Positions 51,741 to 64,000 of a stretch of DNA of 64,000 nucleotides are shown in pieces. Below the pieces are notes generated by a model. It saw only the letters and a program-made list of their open reading frames with translations. It was not told the DNA's origin and made no database searches. Each line of letters opens with the position of its first letter. Positions within the stretch are counted from its first letter, which is position 1. The position numbers and the translations under genes are program-made. Source of the stretch: Eledone cirrhosa. Taxonomy: Eukaryota. The stretch is from the NCBI GenBank assembly GCA_964016885.1, contig OZ024744.1:39680001-39744000 (forward strand), read 5' to 3'.

Positions 51741-52253
51741 CATAATGTAGTCTGACATATACATATATGCTGGATGTTCACAGCTTGACCATTTGTCATC
51801 ATATATCTGCTCCATCGGGGTTGACCTGGGACTATACAACAACAGCAACAACAACAATGTTGTTGCCTGAAATAAAGTTAATCCATTAATCCATTGTTAT
51901 GTGTACTAAAGTTTGTTTACTTAAACCAAACAGAATTTGTGTTGCTGTTAAAACCTTTCATTCCTTTATATATACCATCAATAAACGACAGCAATTTATA
52001 CGCGATCAACCGCTATAGAATATTTACCCAACATTTCAATAGCATGTGGAAATCGATTAAATATACCATCAACCATACCCAATTAGGTATAAAATGCATA
52101 TACATATACCATATATATGCCTCCATATATATATATATATATAGTGGTGGAACACTGGAAGGTAATATCTGTAGTGGTAGAGAACTCAGTCCATGGGACG
52201 ACTTGGGTAGAAGTGGTTACACAATGGTGAACTAACTGTTGTGTAACCACTTC

Positions 52254-52286
<33 letters not shown>

Positions 52287-52323
52287 GTATATATATATAA
52301 ATATATATGTATATATATAAATA

Positions 52324-52361
<38 letters not shown>

Positions 52362-52430
52362 TATATGTATATATATATAAATATATATATATATAAATAT
52401 ATATGTATATATATAAATAAATATATATGT

Positions 52431-55400
52431 ATCATCATCATCATCATCATCGTTTAACGTCCATGTTCCATGCTTGCATGGGTTTGGACGGGAGTTTTCC
52501 CACTTGAGGCAAGAGTGGTTGTCTTGCTCGCATAGGACTGTCTGGCGGGTTTTCTACAGTTGGATGCCCTTCCTAACACCAACCACATTTACAGTGTGGG
52601 GCTGGGAGGTTTTTACCGTGTTGCCTACACGGCCACATTACAGCGTGGACTGTCTGGCAGGTTTTCTACAGCTGGATGCCCTTCCTAACACCAACCACAT
52701 TTACAGTGTGGGACTGGGACGTTTTTACTGTGTTGCCTACACGGTCACATTACAGCGTGGACTGTGTGTTTTTTTTTTTTCGTGACACCTACACGATCTC
52801 ATTTGTTTCGGCCTGGATTTTGTGGCACCAACATAACTTTACATTGAAAGGGGCGGTGTGGATGGGGTGGGGGTAGTGGGACGGGGGTGTATTTTGTTAG
52901 AGATGCCTACTGACTGTAGTAGGTTTTACTTTGTATTTAGGTAACGCGGGTCTTCTCTGTTACTGAGTACCGCCAAAGGTCTCGGTCCAGTGACATTGTC
53001 TTGGAGAGGTGTAAGTGTGTGAGGTCGGAATTTATCAGCTCGTCCCAGGTTTTTCTGGGTCTGCCTACTCTGTGGCTACCGTCTATTTTTATTGCCCTGC
53101 ACTTTGTTATACAGCTGTCGTCTTTCATGCGCATCACGTGACCATACCAACGTAGCCTTCTCTCGAGTAAACAACATCTGATCCCTCTTATTTCTAATTT
53201 TTTCCTTAGTTCGTTTATGCTTTGCCGTTCGCGTATATTACTATTACACATCCAGCGGAGCATGCAAGCTTCGTTCCTCTCTAGTCTGCGTATATCCTCT
53301 GCACATAATGCCCAGGTCTCACTGCCATGCAACATTGCTGTTCGTATGCAGGCATCATTCAACCTGCCTTTCACTTTTAGGGAGAACCCTTTAGCGGCTA
53401 ATAGTGGTATAAGCTCTCTGAACTTTTTCCATCCAGTTCTGACTCTAGCTACTGTACTTTCGGAGCACCCTCACCCACTGCTGATTTTGTCACCCAGGTA
53501 ACGGAAGCTGTCCACTATTTCTATAGAACCCTCTGCGCAGTTGAAAGAGCTAGTATTTTGTGGGCACTTGCTGCTACTTATTGCACCAGAGCACCGGCCA
53601 CATGTAAAATCTGTGTTCTTAGTTAGCTTACCTGTGATCCCACTAGATCTTTTATGCACCCATACTTTGCATTTGGGACATAAAATGGAGTTTCTACCTA
53701 CGCCTTTCCTACACACTGAGCATGGCCATTTCCCGGAAGGGACCGGCGCCTTATTTTCTTTCCTACAAACTAGAACTTTAGTCTTAGCCAGGTTAATTTT
53801 AAGGCCTTTTGATTCTAGGCCGTGCTTCCATGTTTGGAATTTCTTCTCTAGCTCGGCCATTGATTCAGCTATGAGCGTTAGGTCATCTGCGTATAGGAGT
53901 TCCCATGGGCAGCCTGTCTTGAACTCCTCTGTTATAGCCTGAAGTGCAATAATGAATAGTAGGGGGCTAAGAACAGAGCCCTGATGGACACCAACTTTTA
54001 CACTAAACTCTTCACTATATTCGTTGTTAATTCTAACCTTGCTCAATGTTTCTTTATACATGGCTTGTATAGCTCTCACAAGCCATTCGTCAACACCTAG
54101 TTTTCTAAGAGCCCACCAGATAATGGAACGGGGGACTCTGTCGAAGGCTTTCTCCAAGTCGACAAAGGCTAAGTATAGGGGTTTACTTTTAGCTAGGTAC
54201 TTCTCCTGTAGTTGTCGTACAATGAAAAGAGCGTCTGTGGTACTTTTGCCTGACACAAACCCGAACTGCATTTCATCTAGATCGATTCTCTCTCTGATTA
54301 GTTGCACTATTACTTTTTCCGTGACCTTCATGACCTGGTCGATTAATTTAATCCCTCTATAGTTACTCCTATCTAGGGCGTCTCCTTTACCCTTGTAACA
54401 GTTAATGATGATGCTGCTACGCCAGTCCTTCGGAACAACCCCATTCTGTATGACTTGGTTTACTATCCGGGTGACCATGGTGTGTCCCACCATTCCAGAG
54501 GCCTTCAGCATCTCAGCGACTATTTCCGAAGGCCCAGCCGCGTTACCCGTCTTCATATCTTTGATCGCCTTACTTATACTACCTTCAACTAACACTGCTG
54601 GTCCCTCTATTGGATCGATCTGGGGGAGACTATCCTTCTCCCATTTATTCTCCTCATTTAGTAGCCTCTCGTAGTGACACTTCCAAGCGACCTTCTTATC
54701 AGCGTCAGTGATGGCGAGTACGCCATCATCATTTAGTACACACTTCTCCCCAACAATATCACGGTTTTCCTTGACACATTGCCTAGCAATCCTGAACACC
54801 TCACGTTTTTGGTCCTCGCGTTGTAGAACATGCTTGAACTTTCTTTCCTCTGCTTCCCTTCTTGCAAAGTACACTTGTCTCCTAGTTTCCCTCCTGGCCA
54901 CTTGATAGTCTTCTCTACTTCCCCCATCTCGCCATATTTTCCAAGCCTGCTTTTTGGCCTTAATCGACTCCTCCACCTTACTGTTCCACCACCATGTTAC
55001 TCTCCTCCTGCCTATAGGCCTGCTCCGACCACAGACTTCGTCTGCCGCCATCAGCAGGTTTGCTTTCAGGAATTCCCACTGTCCCTCTATATTGTCCGAC
55101 TCTAAATGCTCTTCCTTACTGTCGAAAGCGTCAAGTAATATGCTTTGAAATTTATTTCTGGCTGTGGGGTCCTTTAGCTTCCATATTTTTCTCTTGAGGA
55201 TAGTCCTCTTCTGCTGTTGAGTACGTCTCGTCCTGACTATGAGGTCGCTAATTATCAGTCTATGTTGGGAGGTGCATTCTTCATGGGGGAGGGATTTAGT
55301 GTTTACGACAGTCACTCTGTCACGTCTTCTGGTAAGGATATAATCTACCTGGCTGGTATGTTCCCCTGATCTGTAGGTGATCAAGTGATTGTCTCGTTTT

Positions 55401-56452
55401 TTGAAGTTAGTGTTACAGATTGTTAGGTTATTTGCGTCACAGAATTCCAGGATTCTGGAGCCTTCCTCATTTCTAGTACCAAACCCATAGCCTCCGTGGA
55501 TTCCATCATAGCCGTCACAATGTTGTCCAACGTGGCCATTTAGGTCGCCAGCAATAATTATATAGTCACTGTTGGTTATTTGGGAGGTAGTGAGCATCAG
55601 TGTCTCATAGAAAGTGTCTTTTATAGCGCCAGGCAGTCCGGATTGGGGTGCGTACGCATATATTATCGTCACAGTAGTTCTATTTAGAACAAGTCTTATT
55701 TTAATTATTCTGTTGTTTACTCTATTTACGTCTATTATCTTATCCACCCATTTTTCTGCTAACATGATTCCTACCCCACCCAGCCCATTGTCATTTCCCA
55801 CCCAGAAAAGCTTATAGCATCGTTTTTTACCCACAATGAATCTAGCAGACCCGCCCCTCCACCTGGTCTCTTGGATGCAGCAGACATCAACCTCCTTACG
55901 CTCAAGCATTTCTCGTTTGAGCGGCCTTTTAAGGTCCCTACATCCATGGTACCAACTCTGAAGTTTTGGATTACGTTTGGTGGGTGGGGTGCAGGGAGGG
56001 GTGTGGTTGATGGGGTTGGGGTTATGTTGACATCTGCGGCCGCAACAAAGAGGGTGGGGCTTTGCCCTTTCGTCCGGCAGCATGAGGTGAATTTGTCGTT
56101 ATCTTTTGCATTGTTTTCGGGTGTCCAGATTCTTCTGACTCTCCAGAAATTCCCTAGTTCATCCATCATATCGAAAAAGCAACCAGAAGTGCTACCATAG
56201 GTCGTTTACTTGTGATTGGTCCAAATAATAAGTGGAGAGTGGGGGCGGGAGGGAGGGGTATGGGGTAGTTTGCGAGGAGCAGAATTATTTTTAGAACAAC
56301 GGTGAGACAGAACAGAATTATAGAAACCCAATTTTGAATACGATTTTTTGATTCTGGGGGATTGTAAGATATATAGATCAATGAACCGAATGGGGAGAGT
56401 TGAGAAGAAATGAATATGTACGTTACATTTCATAGAAGAAAACTGAACAAGC
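52431..56452 (-). mobile_element. RTE-A copy 4, full length and near intact, inserted in a TA microsatellite
   Basis: 870-aa ORF 53471-56083 (APE-RT-PHD) plus 52937-53374; one GGA>TGA stop and one small 5' deletion; TA repeats on both sides. Confidence 0.97.
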
Positions 56453-56537
56453 GTATGTGTATATATATGTATATATATGTGTATATATATGTATATATAT
56501 GTATATACGTATATATATGTATATATATGTATATGAA

Positions 56538-56750
56538 GGCCTATGGCTGAGTGGTTAGAAAATTGGATTCACAATCGTGAGGTTGTGAGTTCGATTCCTG
56601 GACCAGGCGATGCATTATGTCCTTGAGCAAGACACTTTATTTCACTTTGCTCCTTCTACCTGGAGTTGCGACCGATAGATAGTATTAGCAATTGGAAAGA
56701 CCAACGGAAACATTGTTTCCTAGGTCTGATTTGACGAAAGTCAATCAATC
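56538..56750 (+). mobile_element. tRNA-derived SINE with a type-1-like head and a different 3' part
   Basis: TGGCTGAGTGG A box, GAGTTCGATTCC B box, CCTTGAGCAAGACACTTTATTTCAC. Confidence 0.8.
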
Positions 56751-56756
56751 CTTTTT

Positions 56757-57460
<704 letters not shown>

Positions 57461-57461
57461 T

Positions 57462-58816
57462 CTCCTATACGCAGACGACCTGACACTCATAGCGGAATCA
57501 ATGGCCGAGCTAGAGAAGAAATTCCAAACATGGAAGCACGGCCTAGAGTCAAAAGGACTTAAAATTAACCTGGCTAAGACCAAAGTACTAGTTTGTAGGA
57601 AAGAAAACAAGGCGGCGGTCCCTTCTGGGAAATGGTCGTGCTCGGTGTGTAGGAAAGGCGTAGGTAGAAACTCCATTTTATGTCCTAAATGCAAAGTATG
57701 GGTGCATAAAAGATGTAGTGGGATCACAGGTAGGCTAACTAAGAACATAGATTTTACATGTGGCCGGTGCTCTGGTGCAATAAGTAGCAGCAAGTGCCCA
57801 CAAACTACTAGCTCTTTCAATTGCGCAGAGGGTTCTATAGAAATAGTGGACAGCTTCCGTTACCTGGGCGATAAAATCAGCAGTGGGGGAGGGTGCTCTG
57901 AAAGTACTGTAGCTAGAGTCAGAACTGGTTGGAAAAAGTTCAGAGAGCTTATACCACTATTAGCTGCTAAAGGGTTCTCACTAAAAATGAAAGGCAGGTT
58001 GTACGATGCCTGCATACGAACAGCAATGCTGCATGGCAGTGAGACTTGGGCATTGTGTGCAGAGGATATACGCAGACTAGAGAGGAACGAAGCTTGCATG
58101 CTCCGCTGGATGTGTAACAGTAATATACGTGAACGGCAAAGCATAAACGAACTAAGGAATAAATTAGAGATAAGAGGGATCAGATGTTGTTTACTCGAGA
58201 GAAGGCTACGTTGGTATGGACACGTGATGCGCATGAAAGTCGATAGCTGTATAACAAAGTGCAGGGCAATAAAGATAGACGGTAGTCACGGAATAGGCAG
58301 ACCTAGAAAAACCTGGGACGAGCTGATAAACTCCGACATCACACACTTACACCTCTCCAAGACAATGTCACTGGACCGAGACCTTTGGCGGTACTCAGTA
58401 ACAGAGAAGACCCGCCTTACCTAAATATATAGTAAAACCTACTCCAGCCAGTAGGCATCTCTAACAAATACACCCCGTCCCACCACCCCCACCCGATCCA
58501 CACCACCCCGTTCTATGTAAAGTTATGTTGGTGCCGCGCCATCGAGGCCGAAACAAATGAGATCGTGTAGGTGTCACGACAAAAAAACACACAGTCCACG
58601 CTGTAATGTGGCCGTGTAGGCAACACGGTAAAAACCTCCCAGACCCACACTGTAAATGTGGTTGGTGTTAGGAAGGGCATCCAACTGTAGAAAACCTGCC
58701 AGACAGTCCTATGCGAGCAAGACAATCACTCTTGCCTCAAGTGGGACTACCCCCGTCCAAACCCATGCAAGCGTGGAACACGGACGTTAAACGCTGATGA
58801 TGATGATGATGATGAT
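57462..58816 (+). mobile_element. RTE-A copy 5, 5'-truncated at LLYADD
   Basis: Uninterrupted frame YADD-PHD-C terminus up to 58424; (GAT)n tail. Confidence 0.95.
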
Positions 58817-58820
58817 ATAT

Positions 58821-59534
58821 ATCATCATCATCATCATCATCATCATCACCGTTTTACGTCCGTTCTTCCACGCTAGCATGGGTTAGACGGGTTGTCCTGT
58901 TGTGGGCAGTGTCTGGTCGGCTGACCATGCCTTGCTCATACAGGAACTGATCTGGCTTGATTTCTACAGCTGGATGCCCTTCCTAACACCAACCTCATTT
59001 ACAGTGAGTGCTGGGTGCTTTTTCGTGGCGCCTACACGTCCACTTTACAGTGTGGGCTGGGTGCTTTTTTGCCGTGGCACCTCCACGACCACCTTGCGGT
59101 GGGGGGGGGGCATATTGTTTATATGCTTCAGCATGTACCCATGGGAGGTCGGGTACCCTGTATTACTGCGTGACGCCAGAAGTCACGGTCGTGTGTCATT
59201 GACTTTGAGAGGTGTAGTTGGGTAAGGTCGGCTTTTATCACCTCATCCCAAGTCATCTTGGGTCTCCCCACTCCGCGGTTTCCATCAACTTCTAGTGCTC
59301 TGCACCTTTTTATGCAGCTGTCATCCTTCATACGCATCACATGTCCATACCAGCGTAACCGCCTCTCCTGCACGCAGCATTTGATTCCTCTTATGCTCAG
59401 TCTCTCTCTCAATTCATTTATGCTTTGTCGTTCACGTATATTACTGTTACACATCCATCGGAGCATGCAGGCTTCGTTTCTCTCTAATCTACGTAAGTCT
59501 TCCACCTTCAGCGCCCAGGTCTCACTACCATGCA
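58821..59534 (-). mobile_element. RTE-B 3' fragment, tail-to-tail with RTE-A copy 5
   Basis: ORF 59128-59535 [16 protein letters not shown]...; B-type 3' UTR. Confidence 0.93.
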
Positions 59535-60323
<789 letters not shown>

Positions 60324-63300
60324 GTGGCCGCCGCTGACACCAGACCAGGTGTCATACCGACAGCCATTACTGGCACCCCAAAAGTCACACTAGTGCTGCT
60401 GCTGAATGTCAGGGGCCTGGTGAAACTCAGCAACATGAGTAAAATTTCCTACCTGGGAGACTTAGCCATAAGCAATCAAGCACTATGCATGGCACTAACC
60501 GAAACGCACCTGACAAGCAGTATAGCAGATGCAGAAATACATATACCGAAATATACTGTATTTCGTTCGGACAGGAAGGAGAGAACTCATGGTGGGGTTG
60601 CTCTGTATATCCGTGAAGATGTCACACCAATTGTTCTGTTGACACATTCAAACTCAGTCTGTGACACACTGATAATACATATGAAGCAACTACAGACGGT
60701 AATATGTGTCACATATCGGCCGCCCGATGCCCCCAGTCATGAGGGTAAATTTGAGGATAGCCTAAGTAGGATAGAAGAGGTCCTTGACAAACTGGACCAG
60801 GGTCTCAACATCCTACTGCTGGGAGACTTCAACCTACCAAAGGTCAAATGGCCTGAGGGCCACCTCCTCCCTGGAATGACGTCAATAGAACAGAGACAGA
60901 CGGAATCCCTGCTGGCCCTCACACACAGGCTGTTCATGGAGCAAGCAATACTCCTCCCAACAAGAGGCGAAAATGTCCTGGACCTCTGTTTTACAAACAA
61001 CGAAGTGCTCATCCACAATGTAAAGGTGACACCAACAATTCTCTCGGATCATAACTTGGTAGAGCTAATGATATGTGGTCCAAGAGAACCAACAGAGACA
61101 AAACCACCAAGAAGCTCCGGTACGCTATCCAGCCTTAACTTCTACGGGGCTGACTGGAAGAAGATTAAGAGTGAAATCCGGAAGCAAACATGGAGTGCAA
61201 ACATCGCCACACAAGACACTAACACACAATTTCAACACTTCATGACAACGATACACACCATATGCAAAAAGTGTGTCCCGGAGAAAGAGGCAAACAGACA
61301 CAAAAATCTTATTCCCAGAGATAGGAAAATCCTTATGAGACGTAGAACTAAACTCTCAAACCAGTTGAATAGTCAACAAAACCAAAACAAGAAGGAATCC
61401 TATTTGAAACGTGCACTACTTGACACCGAGATTGCACTCAAGCTTTCACATGAGAATGAGAGGGCAAGGAAAGAGAACAGGGCCATAGAAAACATTAAAA
61501 CAAACCCTAAGGCCTTCTTTAAATTTGCAAAAGAAACTGCCTCAGTACACTGCAAGATTGGACCACTCTTCCACACGGACGGTTCATTAACCGAAAATCC
61601 CCAAGAGATATGTGAAATACTGAACGAACAGTACAAGAGTGTCTTCACATGTCCACTGAGGCACATGCAAATAACGAAGCCAGAGGAGTTCTTTGATGCC
61701 ACAACACTACATCAAGAAATGGCAACCATCAACCACATAGACATAACGGAGGATGTGGTGTACGCCATTGATGAAATTAGAACAGACTCGGCTGCTGGAC
61801 CTGATGGATTCCCAGCAGTTCTCCTAAAAATATGTAAGCGGGCCTTAGCAACTCCACTGAAGATGCTCTTCAGAAGCTCCTTGGCTAGCGGTGTACTACC
61901 CAGGGAGCTGAAAGAAGGCACAATATGCCCTATCCATAAAGGAGGTAGTAGAGCGGAGGCCAAGAACTATAGGCCAGTCTCCCTGACGTCGCATATCAGT
62001 AAGGTCATGGAGCGAGTCGTCAGAAAGAAACTAATCACTTTCCTCGAAGAAAATGACCGCCTGACTAGCACGCAACATGGCTTCCGCCCAGGAAGAAGCT
62101 GCCTTACACAGCTGCTACATCACTACGACTGGGTACTGAGACAGCTACTAGACAGCTCACATGTAGACGTGATATATCTTGACTTTGCGAAGGCCTTTGA
62201 CAAGGTCGACCACGGAATGATATGTCACAAACTACACGGACTCGGCATAACTGGAAAAGTAGGTGAGTGGCTGCATGGCTTCCTGAGGGACAGAAGCCAG
62301 GCAGTCGCAGCAAATGGGGCCCTCTCGAGGGAAACACCGATAACAAGTGGGGTGCCTCAGGGGACAGTCCTGGGACCACTACTGTTTTTGGTGGCTCTCT
62401 CGGACATGCCCTCTGTGGTGCATGCAACAACATCCCTCACTAGCTATGCTGATGACACTAAGGTAGCACAGGCAATCAAAAACCCGGCTGACGCTGCCCT
62501 CTTACAGCAGGATCTGGATGCCATATACAGATGGGCGGAAGAAAACAACATGCAGTTTAATGCTGGCAAATTCCAAGCCCTACAATACAAACCTGCAAAC
62601 ACAAACACAAATATAGCGGAACACAGCTACACAGGACCAGGAGGGACCGATATCCCCGTGTCAAAATCGATACGAGACCTGGGCATAGACATGAGCGATG
62701 ATGCATCTTTTTCTTCACACATCATGAAGGTGGCGACAGCATGTAGACGATTCGCTGGCAGGATCTTGAGGACTTTCCTTACAAGAGATCGAGACACCAT
62801 GTTGACACTGTGGAGGACTTTTGTCCTAAGCCGCCTGGACTACTGCTCCCAGCTGTGGTCACCCCATAGTGTCAAACTAACCACAGAGCTTGAGGCAATC
62901 CAGCGAAGCTACACCAAGAGGATTGCCAAGATGAGGGAGACAAGCTACTGGGAGAGGCTGAAGGAACTGAACCTCTACTCCTTGGAGCGAAGACGGGAGA
63001 GATACGCAGTGATCTACATGTGGAAAATCCTGGAGGGACTAGCACCAAACTTTGGCATTGGGAGCTGGACCAACCGTCGAACAGGACGTCACTGTGTGGT
63101 GCCAAAGGTCCCGTCTTCCACATCTAGAATAAGGAGCAGGTATTGCAATAGCCTGGGATTCAAGGGCCCTCAACTCTTCAACAGGCTGCCGAGGCATCTG
63201 CGAGACTTGCATGACGTGGAGGTGGATGTCTTTAAGAAACATCTCGACACCTTGTTATCCAGGATCCCGGATGAGCCCACAGCAAGACACGAGGGAAACC

Positions 63301-63362
63301 TAAGGGCAGCAGCAACAAACTCCCTCCTACACCAGTGGCCAACCTATACAGGCTGGAGATAA
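60324..63362 (+). CDS. Uninterrupted APE-RT ORF2 of a CR1-group LINE (element 60324-63438)
   Basis: ~1012 codons with no stop: [58 protein letters not shown]; 3' UTR ends (GTAAAAGA)2. Confidence 0.95.
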   Translation: MAAADTRPGVIPTAITGTPKVTLVLLLNVRGLVKLSNMSKISYLGDLAISNQALCMALTETHLTSSIADAEIHIPKYTVFRSDRKERTHGGVALYIREDVTPIVLLTHSNSVCDTLIIHMKQLQTVICVTYRPPDAPSHEGKFEDSLSRIEEVLDKLDQGLNILLLGDFNLPKVKWPEGHLLPGMTSIEQRQTESLLALTHRLFMEQAILLPTRGENVLDLCFTNNEVLIHNVKVTPTILSDHNLVELMICGPREPTETKPPRSSGTLSSLNFYGADWKKIKSEIRKQTWSANIATQDTNTQFQHFMTTIHTICKKCVPEKEANRHKNLIPRDRKILMRRRTKLSNQLNSQQNQNKKESYLKRALLDTEIALKLSHENERARKENRAIENIKTNPKAFFKFAKETASVHCKIGPLFHTDGSLTENPQEICEILNEQYKSVFTCPLRHMQITKPEEFFDATTLHQEMATINHIDITEDVVYAIDEIRTDSAAGPDGFPAVLLKICKRALATPLKMLFRSSLASGVLPRELKEGTICPIHKGGSRAEAKNYRPVSLTSHISKVMERVVRKKLITFLEENDRLTSTQHGFRPGRSCLTQLLHHYDWVLRQLLDSSHVDVIYLDFAKAFDKVDHGMICHKLHGLGITGKVGEWLHGFLRDRSQAVAANGALSRETPITSGVPQGTVLGPLLFLVALSDMPSVVHATTSLTSYADDTKVAQAIKNPADAALLQQDLDAIYRWAEENNMQFNAGKFQALQYKPANTNTNIAEHSYTGPGGTDIPVSKSIRDLGIDMSDDASFSSHIMKVATACRRFAGRILRTFLTRDRDTMLTLWRTFVLSRLDYCSQLWSPHSVKLTTELEAIQRSYTKRIAKMRETSYWERLKELNLYSLERRRERYAVIYMWKILEGLAPNFGIGSWTNRRTGRHCVVPKVPSSTSRIRSRYCNSLGFKGPQLFNRLPRHLRDLHDVEVDVFKKHLDTLLSRIPDEPTARHEGNLRAAATNSLLHQWPTYTGWR

Positions 63363-63437
63363 AATGTGTAGCAACAAGGGCGGTGCCCCAGCATGGCCTC
63401 AGCCGGATGGCTGAAACAGGTAAAAGAGTAAAAGAGT

Positions 63438-63441
63438 AATG

Positions 63442-63473
<32 letters not shown>

Positions 63474-63587
63474 TATATATATATGTATATATGTATATAT
63501 ATATATATATATACACATATATATATATATATATGTATATATATGTATATATGTATATATGTATATATATATATATATGTATATATG

Positions 63588-63644
<57 letters not shown>

Positions 63645-63645
63645 G

Positions 63646-63703
<58 letters not shown>

Positions 63704-63736
63704 TGTATATGTATATATATATGTATATATATGTAT

Positions 63737-63833
<97 letters not shown>
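63438..63833. repeat. (TA)n/(TATG) microsatellite
   Basis: Direct inspection. Confidence 0.98.
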
Positions 63834-64000
63834 ATGTAGGAGGTGAGTTTTATTGTAGTACAATAAAGCAATGCAGATATCGGATAAGAAGCACTCTACA
63901 GTATGTGGGACTGGAGTATGCATAATATAAGATCAAAAGATGGTTAAAGGAGTTCAATATATTTTATTATGCGCATTTCAAAAACAAACATCATCAAACA

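Noticed and set aside
56538-56610. tRNA-like sequences
   Set aside because: A and B boxes are present but there is no complete cloverleaf, and they run into SINE bodies: SINE heads, not tRNA genes.

Overview
Eukaryotic, AT-rich, transposon-dense DNA, most likely from a cephalopod such as Octopus (inferred from the RTE/SINE families and the TA/ATC microsatellites). It is not prokaryotic. The only confidently recognisable host gene piece is one coding exon of AMDHD2/nagA (N-acetylglucosamine-6-phosphate deacetylase; 23269-23503, +). No further exon was seen, so the remaining ~40 kb is probably intron. The window holds five copies of RTE LINE family A and three of family B. Every copy that spans the region carries a C4HC3 PHD-type zinc finger inside the RT region. 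There are also two CR1-group LINEs (one with an uninterrupted ~1012-codon ORF2), R4/Dong, CRE-like, Penelope, hAT and mariner remnants, MITEs, a non-autonomous Helitron and several tRNA-derived SINE families. The most notable observations are: (1) a four-level nest (TTAA-MITE > Helitron > RTE-A > RTE-B) that creates an in-frame RTE chimera; (2) the same +1 frameshift at AAA-TAA, just before the PHD finger, in three independent RTE-A insertions; (3) 68-bp and 114-bp direct repeats around SINEs; (4) LINE-SINE tail sharing; (5) several strong hairpins. The long Y/I/M/C-rich ORFs are microsatellite artefacts.
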